Assembly: GCA_900318035.1 (NCBI GenBank)
Contig: ONJC01000007.1
Location: 2,015 to 66,014 of the forward strand
From: an uncultured Methanobrevibacter sp.
Lineage (GTDB): Archaea; Methanobacteriota; Methanobacteria; Methanobacteriales; Methanobacteriaceae
Direction: 5' to 3'
Length of the DNA stretch: 64,000 nt
Below, piece after piece: positions 41,162-50,261 of this stretch. The first letter of the stretch is position 1. Each line of letters opens with the position of its first letter. The notes beneath the pieces are model-generated. The model was not told the DNA's origin and ran no database searches. It saw nothing but the letters and a program-made list of their open reading frames with translations. The position numbers and the translations under genes are program-made.

Positions 41162-42202
41162 TCATTTACCATTTTTAGCCAAGTCATACAAGTTATCTAT
41201 AATGACTTGGAATAAATCATCAGTTTTCATTTCAACAGGTTCATGAGGATTGACAATGAAATCAAGTGCCTTGTTGATGACATCATCAGTGTCAATTGAC
41301 CTATACATTAAGCCATGATTTATATAATATTGATCGACAGACAATGTTTCTCCAGGATAACATGAAATAACCGGAGTCTGCAATATTGCAGCTTCCCTGT
41401 TCATTGTTCCACCTGCACCAATAACCAAATCACATTTTTTTATTAAACTGGATGTGTCAACAGGAGGCTTTAAGATTGAAACATTATCAATGCCTTCGAA
41501 AATTTCTGCCTGTTCCCGGAATCTTGGAAGAACCAAAATATTGGCAACATTTTTTAACTCATCAACAATAGGAGATAAAACAGATTTTCTGCAGTCAGCA
41601 TCCAGGTATGATGCAAGTGAAGGTTCAGGTCTCATCAAAATAGTTTTCGGATGTTTCAAATCCAAATCCAATTCATCAAAAACATTATCATTATATTCAA
41701 AACTTTTAAAATGCATTAATTCGGATGTCCCGTTATATGAAATGATAGTGTTCGGGTCAGCACCAAATTTCATTAATTTCCACATGTCTATTATTTTTGG
41801 AGTAATGATTCTGTCACATAACGGAAGAGTCAATTTATTAGCAGCTAGTGCATGTTCGTTGTCTAAAACGTACAAACTTGGGATCCCTAGACCAAAAGAA
41901 ATTCTAGGAAGCTCAATAGAATGCTTGCTAAGGGCGACATCCACCTTTTCATCATGTATAATATCAACAAGGTTATAAACTCTTGCTGTACTTTCTCTTA
42001 GCTTGTCATATAAACTGACCCCATGCTTTCCGACTGAAATGAAATCAATGTCATACATTTCCATCAGTTTATGGATATCACCAAATTGTCTGGCAGTAAC
42101 AATGACATCTTCACCTTCAGCCTCCAGATATTTAATAACATCCTTAAAAAACCTTACATGAGGCGCATTTGAAATATCAACCCATACCTTCATGAAAATC
42201 AC
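41162..42202 (-). CDS. DUF354 family protein (GT-B-like fold)
   Basis: VWVDISNAPHVRFF, LDNEHA and GAGGTMNREAA motifs. Confidence 0.85.
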   Translation of the reverse strand: MIFMKVWVDISNAPHVRFFKDVIKYLEAEGEDVIVTARQFGDIHKLMEMYDIDFISVGKHGVSLYDKLRESTARVYNLVDIIHDEKVDVALSKHSIELPRISFGLGIPSLYVLDNEHALAANKLTLPLCDRIITPKIIDMWKLMKFGADPNTIISYNGTSELMHFKSFEYNDNVFDELDLDLKHPKTILMRPEPSLASYLDADCRKSVLSPIVDELKNVANILVLPRFREQAEIFEGIDNVSILKPPVDTSSLIKKCDLVIGAGGTMNREAAILQTPVISCYPGETLSVDQYYINHGLMYRSIDTDDVINKALDFIVNPHEPVEMKTDDLFQVIIDNLYDLAKNGK

Positions 42203-42206
42203 CTAT

Positions 42207-42863
42207 TTATAAGCTGTCTTTCTTATCCTGAATAACTTGAATAATTTCATCCAATCCTTTACCGTCTTTAAGATTAGATGTGATAACATGAACATTAGGA
42301 TTTAATTTTTTGGCATCTGCAACCATCTTATCAATATCAGCACCAACAGCATCTGCCAAGTCTATTTTATTGATTACAATCACATCTGATGTCTGGAAAA
42401 TAATCGGGTGTTTTTCAACAGTGTCGTCACCTTCAGTGACACTGACAACAACGATTCTCATGTGTGAACCCAATTCAAAGTCAACAGGACAAATCAAGTT
42501 GCCCACATTTTCAATAATCACCATATCCAAATCATCCAATGGCAGGTCATGAAGTCCGTGATGAACCAGATGTGCATCAAGATGGCATTCCTTTCCAGTG
42601 TTTAAGCCTGCTACTGGAACGTTATGGGATTCAATACGTTCAGCATCGAATTTTGAGATTACATCCCCTGCAAGAACACCAATATTATAATCGGTATTGT
42701 CAATGATTTCTTCTATTAATGTTGTTTTTCCGGAACCGATTGCTCCTACAAAATCTACACAGAAAATATCCTTTTCCTCTAAATGTTTTAAATTTTTATC
42801 AGCTAACCTTTTGTTAGCATCCATAATATTTTTTGCTACTTCTATATCTGCTACTTGGTGCAT
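42207..42863 (-). CDS. hypB: Hydrogenase nickel incorporation GTPase
   Basis: GAIGSGKT, ECHLDA, ENVGNLICP, EGDD..KHP and NKID motifs. Confidence 0.95.
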   Translation of the reverse strand: MHQVADIEVAKNIMDANKRLADKNLKHLEEKDIFCVDFVGAIGSGKTTLIEEIIDNTDYNIGVLAGDVISKFDAERIESHNVPVAGLNTGKECHLDAHLVHHGLHDLPLDDLDMVIIENVGNLICPVDFELGSHMRIVVVSVTEGDDTVEKHPIIFQTSDVIVINKIDLADAVGADIDKMVADAKKLNPNVHVITSNLKDGKGLDEIIQVIQDKKDSL

Positions 42864-42877
42864 ATTTTCACCCCTAT

Positions 42878-43255
42878 TTAATTATCGTCAGGTTTTTCAA
42901 TTACAATATTTTTAACAACAATATCTCTTCCATTGAGAATTTCTACAGCCAAACTATCACATTCTGGACATTTTACCATCGGCGCATAATGATCTTTGTC
43001 ATCAAGTATGGCATTTCCGTGGAATTCACATTGGGAACATTCAACCTCTACGGGAATTTCTTCAAAGATTATTTCGGCATCCTGGACAATTGTGTTTTCT
43101 ACAAGAACTCCTAAAATAAATTTTAACTGTTCCGGATTTATCATTGCCAATCTGCCAAGTTCAATAGTGACTTCGGTAACTTCAGTCGCATTATTGCTTT
43201 CTGCAGTATCGATTACTGCATTAAGAATACCCTGAGCCATAGATAATTCATGCAT
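42878..43255 (-). CDS. hypA: Hydrogenase nickel metallochaperone
   Basis: MHELSMA and two CxxC motifs. Confidence 0.95.
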   Translation of the reverse strand: MHELSMAQGILNAVIDTAESNNATEVTEVTIELGRLAMINPEQLKFILGVLVENTIVQDAEIIFEEIPVEVECSQCEFHGNAILDDKDHYAPMVKCPECDSLAVEILNGRDIVVKNIVIEKPDDN

Positions 43256-43373
43256 TTTATTTCTCCTATAATTAAATATTAATATTATAAATTTGACTTT
43301 ATTTATTTATAAAGCTATTTAATATTTGAGTAATACTAAAGTAATAAACTACCTTTTTAAAAAATAATACTAA

Positions 43374-43390
43374 TGTTGCAATTGACAACA
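43374..43390. promoter_or_regulatory. Palindromic operator candidate TGTTG-N7-CAACA upstream of aldo/keto reductase
   Basis: TGTTGCAATTGACAACA lies 1 bp before TTATATAA. Same motif at 2190-2206. Confidence 0.55.
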
Positions 43391-43435
43391 CTTATATAAT
43401 ATCCGAATTCAAATATTTAATTAGGAGATATTATT

Positions 43436-44575
43436 ATGACTTACAAATCAAAATTCGGTTTTGGATGCATGAGACTTCCTCAAACTGATGCAGATGACCC
43501 GACAAGTATTGACCAGGATTTATTCAACAGGATGGTTGACATCTATATGGAAAAAGGCTTCAGCTACTTTGACACATCATATGCTTATCACAATGGAATG
43601 AGTGAAACAGCAATCAGAAAAGCAGTTGTTGAAAGATATCCCCGTGAATCTTACCAAATCTGTGATAAAATGCCTACATGGGCACTGACATCCGAAAAGG
43701 ACAATGAAAAATTTGTTAATGAAATGCTTGAGAGATTGGGCATTGACTATTTTGACGTGTTTTTCATACACAACATCAATGTTCCATGGCTTAAGCTTGC
43801 TGAGAAATGCAACACCTTTGAATATGTAAAAAAGATGAAAGAAGAAGGAATAGCTAAAAAGATTGGTTTCAGTTTCCATGACAACTCAAAACTACTGAAA
43901 AAAGTTTTAGACAAATATGGAGACATGCTGGATATTGTCCAATTGGAATTGAACTATCTCGACTGGGAAGATCCGTCAATTGAAGCTCACAAATGTTATG
44001 ATTTGTGTGTAGAGCACGGTCTGGATGTTTATGTAATGGAACCATTAAAAGGAGGAGTTATTGTCAATCCTTCCGAAGAAATCAAAAAAGACTTTAACGA
44101 GTTCAATCCCGACAAATCAATAGCAAGTTTTGCAATAAGATTCTGTGCCTCACTTGAGCATGTAAAAATTGTTTTAAGCGGAATGAGCAAAATGGATGAT
44201 TTGCTGGACAATTGTGACACTTATGGAAATTTTGAAGTCCTGAGCGGGGAAGAAAGTGAATTTCTGGAAAGAATGGCTCAAAAGCTCGCAGAAAGTGTTG
44301 CAGTGCCATGCAGTGAATGCGGATACTGTGTAAAAGCATGTCCTGAAATGATTCCAATACCAGAATACTTCCATTTATACAATACAAGTAAAAATCAGCC
44401 GGAATCCGATATCTACAGACTGTATTATGACAAATTAGGTAATGAAAAGGTTCCTGCCGATGAATGTACCTACTGCAGCACATGTATTGAACACTGTACT
44501 CAAAAAATAGATATTCCTGAAGAATTGGAAAAAGTATGCGAACACTTTGAAAATGGATTTACACCATACGGATGA
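43436..44575 (+). CDS. Aldo/keto reductase with C-terminal 4Fe-4S dicluster
   Basis: FGFGCMRLP, YFDTSYAYH, GFSFHD, VMEPLKGG and two CxxCxxCxxxC motifs. Confidence 0.9.
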   Translation: MTYKSKFGFGCMRLPQTDADDPTSIDQDLFNRMVDIYMEKGFSYFDTSYAYHNGMSETAIRKAVVERYPRESYQICDKMPTWALTSEKDNEKFVNEMLERLGIDYFDVFFIHNINVPWLKLAEKCNTFEYVKKMKEEGIAKKIGFSFHDNSKLLKKVLDKYGDMLDIVQLELNYLDWEDPSIEAHKCYDLCVEHGLDVYVMEPLKGGVIVNPSEEIKKDFNEFNPDKSIASFAIRFCASLEHVKIVLSGMSKMDDLLDNCDTYGNFEVLSGEESEFLERMAQKLAESVAVPCSECGYCVKACPEMIPIPEYFHLYNTSKNQPESDIYRLYYDKLGNEKVPADECTYCSTCIEHCTQKIDIPEELEKVCEHFENGFTPYG

Positions 44576-47455
44576 TTAAGCAACCCTCATTTTCAATTCA
44601 CGAACCATTTCACCATTTTTATTTATTTTTAATGCTTTTTTATAATATTCAACTGCTTTTGTAAAAATTCCGGAATTATAATAAATCAATCCCATCAGGG
44701 CCAACGCATCAGCATTTTTATCGTCGAAGCTTAAAATCTTTTCCAATATTTCGCTGGATGTTTCCAAATCCCCCTGAACATACAAATCATATGCCTCTTC
44801 ATATAGCACATCTATATCGTCAAGGGATTCAAATTCAACATTAACGTCCTCCCTTTCAGGCTTTGCAGACAGCAGAACATCCAATTCATTAGCCATTTCA
44901 TTTGTCCTGTCCAATGCCAAAGCTTTTTTAACAAAATACATTGCAATGTCCTTTTGTTCCTGATTATATAATATTTGAGCCATCAGGGCAAGTGAATTGA
45001 CATGCTTCTTATCGATTGCCAGAATGCTGTTGAGAATATCCTTTGCGGTTGAATAGTCATTCTTTTCATACAAATCCAATGCTTCATCAAACAATGATTC
45101 AACATCATTTTCATCATCCTTTTCAACCGTCTCTTCAATTATTTCCGTTTGTACGCTTTCATTTTTTGAAATCAATTTGCACATGTATGTCAGAATGTAT
45201 TTGGTTGCATTTTTGTGAAGCGGCTTGTTATCGTTTCCGCATTTTGGAGAATATATGCAGGCAGGGCATCCGCTTTTGCAGCCGCAGTTTTCAAGCAGGT
45301 CAATGGTTGATTTAAGCAGATCCACAAATACGTCAACAGCCTTTTCAGTAATACCTATTCCACCTTCATAACCGTCATAAATAAATATGGTAGCTTCCTG
45401 AGTGTCTTCATGATAATTGGTTGAAAGACCACCTATATCAAACCTGTCACACATTGTATGGAGAGGAAACAGTCCGATTAAGGCATGCTCTGCACCGTGA
45501 AGACCTCCTGCAAAGACTTCCTCTTCATTTGGAAACATGTCTTCAAGAGTGTCCTTTACCTGTTTTGGAACAGTGAACCATAATCCCTTGGTTGTGAATT
45601 TCAAAGGAGGCAAATCCAGAGGATAGGTTCCAATCGGTTTTGAAAAGTGCATTTTTTTATATTTGAAGTAATCCTCACTTACAGTCAACTCACCGAAATG
45701 AATTGTCAAATCGCCATATCTTGTTTTTGACAATTTCTTTTCTATTCTGATTTCGGTTTTGTTTAGAACCATCGTATGATAATCCACTGTCTTTTGGCTC
45801 ACATTGACAAATCCGTTTTTCAGATTAACGCTGTTTACGACATAAGTGTCTCCCTTGTTGATGAGAATTGCACCTTCATGTGCTTCCCGGTAAACCTGGG
45901 AGCGCTCCATTGTCTCCAATAATCTCCCATTGTTCATTACCTTGAATTCCTGACCTGAAATCTGGTCGAGTGAATGGTCGAGTGCAGGATTGTCATCATA
46001 GGGATACATATAATCCCCGCGAATGTTTTTGTGCAAATCCTTTTTGGATACCAGTTCGTCCAAAATGCCTTCATCAACTCCGAAGTATCTTTCAACTTCT
46101 CCGCTTTTAATAGGCAGCTCCTTGGCTGCGCATAAAATATGAGCTTCCTGCAGAATAGGATTGGTCAAATCAATGATTGCATTTTCATGTGGCTTGTCAA
46201 AGAAAAAGGTAGGGTTATTCATGAAATACTGGTCCAGCTGATTTTCAAAGGCAATTAAAATAGCAAGTGACTTTTGATTGCTCCTTCCGGCACGGCCTGA
46301 CTGCTGCCATGTGGAAATCATGGTGCCGGGATAGCCTGAAATGATTACCGCATCAAGAGATCCTATATTAATACCCAATTCCAATGCATTGGTGCATGTA
46401 ACACCCAGATATTTTCCGCTTTTAAGGCCTTCTTCAATTTCACGCCGTTCCTGAGCCTGATAACCAGCACGATAAGCAGCAATCCTATGGGCCAATTTTC
46501 CTTTAATCTGAGTCATGTCTTTTTTAGCCCACATGGCTATCAGTTCAGTAGTTTTTCTTGAAACCGTAAAGCATAATGTCTGAATTCCTTTCAGCATCAT
46601 ATAAATAAAAATATTTTCTGTCTCCATATGCACAGAAGGTGCATTTTGCATATTGACCTTGTTTCTTCTGTAATTTTTAAAAGGATTATATAAAATAAAA
46701 TCTTTTTCTCCGCTAGGAGAGGCATCTTCATCAACCAGCGTAAACTCTTCTCCAGTCAATCTGTTGGCCAGTTCCAAAGGGTTTGCAAGTGTTGCTGAAG
46801 ATAAGATAAACTGAGGATTTGAACCGTAAAAATTAGCTATTCTTTTCAATCTTTTGATTAAAAATGCCACATTGGATCCGAAAACACCCTTATAATAATG
46901 TGATTCGTCAATGACGATGTATTTTAAGTTTTTATAGAACCTGCTCCACTGATGGTGCCATGACAAAATGAGATGCAGCTGATATGGATTTGTTAAGACT
47001 ATCCTTGAATTTTCCCTGATTCCCTTCTTTTCTCCACGGGGAGTGTCGCCGTCATATGTCCGTGGCTTAATATCAATTTCCAGTTCGCTTTCGAGATTCT
47101 CCAATACGTGAAGCTGGTCATTTGACAATGCCTTTGCAGGATAAATGTAAAAGGCGGTCGCCTCCATATCATCAATCATGGTTTCCATTATCGGCAAATT
47201 AAAAGCCAATGTTTTTCCGGATGCAGTAGGGGTTGTTATGATAACATTTTCATTGTTTTTTATAGCTTCATAAGTCTCAGCCTGGTGTTTGTAAAGTTTT
47301 ACGCCCCTTGAATCCAAATAGTCAACGATTTTTTCATTTAAATTGTCCACTTTTTTAAATCTGGCTTTTTTGGCTGGTATTGTCTCAACATGTGCAATAT
47401 TATCCCTATATCTCACATCATTTTTAAACATATCAATATTGTTAGGCTCAGACAT
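44576..47455 (-). CDS. Hrq1/MrfA-like SF2 helicase with DUF1998 and C-terminal TPR repeats
   Basis: TPTASGKT, DESH, SAT, TNALELG, QQSGRAGR; YDGYEGG and CGCKSGCPACIYSPKC; TPR-like repeats at the end. Confidence 0.9.
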   Translation of the reverse strand: MSEPNNIDMFKNDVRYRDNIAHVETIPAKKARFKKVDNLNEKIVDYLDSRGVKLYKHQAETYEAIKNNENVIITTPTASGKTLAFNLPIMETMIDDMEATAFYIYPAKALSNDQLHVLENLESELEIDIKPRTYDGDTPRGEKKGIRENSRIVLTNPYQLHLILSWHHQWSRFYKNLKYIVIDESHYYKGVFGSNVAFLIKRLKRIANFYGSNPQFILSSATLANPLELANRLTGEEFTLVDEDASPSGEKDFILYNPFKNYRRNKVNMQNAPSVHMETENIFIYMMLKGIQTLCFTVSRKTTELIAMWAKKDMTQIKGKLAHRIAAYRAGYQAQERREIEEGLKSGKYLGVTCTNALELGINIGSLDAVIISGYPGTMISTWQQSGRAGRSNQKSLAILIAFENQLDQYFMNNPTFFFDKPHENAIIDLTNPILQEAHILCAAKELPIKSGEVERYFGVDEGILDELVSKKDLHKNIRGDYMYPYDDNPALDHSLDQISGQEFKVMNNGRLLETMERSQVYREAHEGAILINKGDTYVVNSVNLKNGFVNVSQKTVDYHTMVLNKTEIRIEKKLSKTRYGDLTIHFGELTVSEDYFKYKKMHFSKPIGTYPLDLPPLKFTTKGLWFTVPKQVKDTLEDMFPNEEEVFAGGLHGAEHALIGLFPLHTMCDRFDIGGLSTNYHEDTQEATIFIYDGYEGGIGITEKAVDVFVDLLKSTIDLLENCGCKSGCPACIYSPKCGNDNKPLHKNATKYILTYMCKLISKNESVQTEIIEETVEKDDENDVESLFDEALDLYEKNDYSTAKDILNSILAIDKKHVNSLALMAQILYNQEQKDIAMYFVKKALALDRTNEMANELDVLLSAKPEREDVNVEFESLDDIDVLYEEAYDLYVQGDLETSSEILEKILSFDDKNADALALMGLIYYNSGIFTKAVEYYKKALKINKNGEMVRELKMRVA

Positions 47456-47554
47456 AATAACAGCTCAATTAAATTAACAAATATATTTTAAACTTAAATA
47501 ATATTTAAAATATTCGTTAATTTTAAAAATAATTCAATGAAAACAAGACAATAT

Positions 47555-47630
47555 CATAATGAGGTTAGGAAAAATAATATTCCTAACTCATTTATGCATA
47601 TTATGGAAAAAAACATCTATTTTCCATAAT
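47555..47630. repeat. Two tandem inverted repeats in the divergent helicase intergenic region
   Basis: TGAG(G)TTAGGAA/TTCCTAACTCA and a perfect 11-bp ATTATGGAAAA (47600-47610) / TTTTCCATAAT (47620-47630). Confidence 0.7.
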
Positions 47631-47693
47631 TAATAATATATTTTTCTTATTAATAATTTTTATTATTTTGAAAAAAAAATCCAGATAATAATT

Positions 47694-47729
47694 AATACTC
47701 ATCAAATGCTCTCGCTATTACTTTATAAA
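47694..47729 (+). promoter_or_regulatory. 20-bp motif AATACTCATCAAATGCTCTC, 8-bp spacer, TATA box TTTATAAA upstream of the UvrD-like gene
   Basis: Exact reverse-complement copy at 62818-62837 upstream of nurA, with the same spacing to a TATA-like box. Confidence 0.7.
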
Positions 47730-47775
47730 TAATTAAAACATATAAATTAATTATTATAAACTTTAGAGGGAAATA

Positions 47776-50250
47776 ATGATTTCATATGAAGAATTTGAAG
47801 ACATTGTAGTAAATATACTTAACAGAGATATATCTTCAAATGAAGACCAGAAAAAGGCAATACTGTCAGAAAGTTATAAATCCCTTTTTATTGTAGCAGG
47901 ACCCGGATCCGGAAAGACAACAGTTATGGTTCTTAAAATATTAAAATACATATTTGTTGACGATATCGATCCTAGAGAAATACTTGCTACAACATTTACA
48001 CGAAAAGCTGCCGAAGAGTTGTATTCAAGAATTCTCGGTTGGGGAGATGAAATCAAAAACTACCTGACCAGCTCACTTGATGAAGATGACTTTGGAGACA
48101 TCTCAAAAATATTGGCAATTGAAAGAATAGATTTTAACCAAATTAACATCGGTACAACAGACAGTGTTGCCGAAGAATTGTTGAGAGAGTATAAACAGCC
48201 CGGAGAAACACAGCCAGTGGTTGTAGAGAAATTTGTTGCAAACTCAGCCATGATAAAAATACTTCTCAAGGATGAAAAATACCTTAATAAAAACCTTGTT
48301 GAATATCTCAAAGAGTTAAGCGGAAGGCAAAAACTTGAAGAACCATCAAGGATGAGTGAAATTTTAATCGAAATTAAAAATAGAATTTATTATGATCAAG
48401 TTGACTTTGATGAACTTTATTTGAAAACAGAACCTGAAAGCGGTGAAAGATTAGCCCTTGACTGCATAAGGGAATATGAAGACACCTTAAATCAAAGGCA
48501 TACGATTGACTTTGCAATGCTAGAGTCAACATTTCTTGAAAAACTCAAAGACGGTTCCATGGAAGAGTTTTTAGATGACATTAAAATTGTACTAATCGAT
48601 GAATATCAGGACACCAACCTGATTCAGGAAGACATCTATTTCACCATTGCAGAATCAGCCCTTGAAAACGACGGCAGCATCACTGTTGTAGGAGACGATG
48701 ACCAATCCCTTTACCGTTTCAGAGGAGCTACCGTAGACTTATTTACCAATTACAAACAGCGCGTTAATGAAAGACTTGGAATAGAAGTTGAGGAAATCAA
48801 TTTAAGAACAAATTACCGTTCAACAGAAAATATCATCGAACACTGCAACAAATTTGCAGAACTCGACAGAGAATATCAGAATGCAAGAGTAGAAAACAAA
48901 CCGAAAATCATAGCTCCTGACTTTGAAAAGGAGAAAATGCCTATTTTGGGAATGTTTAGAAACAATCCTGAAATGCTTGCAAATGACCTTGCAAAATTAA
49001 TCAATAATCTGGTAAACAAAAAGGAAGCCGAACTGAAAGTTCTGCAGGTTCTGAATGAAGATTACTTTAAAAAAATGAATGGCAAAATAAGCATTGCCGA
49101 ACTGCAAAAACTTAAAATGAAAAATATCCGTGAAGGAAAGAAAATTGAAAAAATAAAGCTGAAATTGGACAGTGAATACGGTTCGGCATCTGACATGGCC
49201 ATTTTATCATACTCGCCAAAAGAGAGAAGCCATGGCTCCAAGTCATTTTTACATCATTTGAGAAAAAATTTGAAAAGAGCCAGAAAACCGATTGAAATGT
49301 TTAATCCCAGAGGAATTGAACTTCAGGATGTTGATATGGTAGCTATCTTTTGCGGATTGATTTTGGAATGCATTGACCCTGAAGGGGGAATGCAGAAATT
49401 AGATAAAAGCATTCCAAAACTGGCGAAATACAACATGAACCGGTGGAGGGTGAAAGCCAAGGAGTACATTAAGCTAAATCCCGAACCTAGACAACCTATT
49501 GACTTGAACACCTTTGTAACACACTGGCAAATTAGAAGACCTTACCCTTTACAGAATGAAAACGGCCAGGACAACAAATGGCCAAAACAGGCAAGCTTAA
49601 TGGAGCTTGCATACAAGCTGACAACCTGGATAGAACCTCTGCAAGGTGACGTTGAGGGAATCGTATATCTTGAAGCGATTACAAAATCAATCACACAAAC
49701 CGGATTTTTTAATGAATATCACTCAACAATATCATTTAAAAGTCCGATTGATGAGAAAAATTCCGTTTTGGAAGCCATATGGAATATCTTCATACCCCTA
49801 TCAACAGGAGGCGTGAAAATTGACGAATCCCTTCTTGAAACTCTTCCCGACGACAGAATAAACGTTTTATCAATTCACCAGTCAAAAGGTCTGGAATTTC
49901 CCTTAGTGATTGTGGATGTGGGTTCAAGATTTAAAACAAACGACATTAAAACCCAAAAATTGAGATTTCCCAAATCATTAAAGGAACAGACTACAATCGA
50001 GGATACCATCAGAAAGCACTCAGTTCTCGGTGAAAGCAAAAGAAGTGAAAAGGACAGAAAATTTGACGACCTGACAAGACTTTACTTTGTTGCATTTTCA
50101 AGAGCGGAAAGCGTTTTGCTACTGGTCGGACTTAGCCCTGCAATTGAAGGGTACAACAAAAAAGACCAGCACTTTAACATTCCAAATATTGCTCTTGGAT
50201 GGAGCAGAGATGAAAATTATATCGGTTTTAAAGAAATTTATTTAATTTAG
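47776..50250 (+). CDS. UvrD/PcrA-family SF1 helicase
   Basis: AGPGSGKT, TFTRKAA, DEYQD, VGDDDQSLYRFRGA, NYRS, SIHQSKGLEF and RLYFVAFSRA motifs. Confidence 0.93.
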   Translation: MISYEEFEDIVVNILNRDISSNEDQKKAILSESYKSLFIVAGPGSGKTTVMVLKILKYIFVDDIDPREILATTFTRKAAEELYSRILGWGDEIKNYLTSSLDEDDFGDISKILAIERIDFNQINIGTTDSVAEELLREYKQPGETQPVVVEKFVANSAMIKILLKDEKYLNKNLVEYLKELSGRQKLEEPSRMSEILIEIKNRIYYDQVDFDELYLKTEPESGERLALDCIREYEDTLNQRHTIDFAMLESTFLEKLKDGSMEEFLDDIKIVLIDEYQDTNLIQEDIYFTIAESALENDGSITVVGDDDQSLYRFRGATVDLFTNYKQRVNERLGIEVEEINLRTNYRSTENIIEHCNKFAELDREYQNARVENKPKIIAPDFEKEKMPILGMFRNNPEMLANDLAKLINNLVNKKEAELKVLQVLNEDYFKKMNGKISIAELQKLKMKNIREGKKIEKIKLKLDSEYGSASDMAILSYSPKERSHGSKSFLHHLRKNLKRARKPIEMFNPRGIELQDVDMVAIFCGLILECIDPEGGMQKLDKSIPKLAKYNMNRWRVKAKEYIKLNPEPRQPIDLNTFVTHWQIRRPYPLQNENGQDNKWPKQASLMELAYKLTTWIEPLQGDVEGIVYLEAITKSITQTGFFNEYHSTISFKSPIDEKNSVLEAIWNIFIPLSTGGVKIDESLLETLPDDRINVLSIHQSKGLEFPLVIVDVGSRFKTNDIKTQKLRFPKSLKEQTTIEDTIRKHSVLGESKRSEKDRKFDDLTRLYFVAFSRAESVLLLVGLSPAIEGYNKKDQHFNIPNIALGWSRDENYIGFKEIYLI

Positions 50251-50261
50251 GAGTTTTTACA

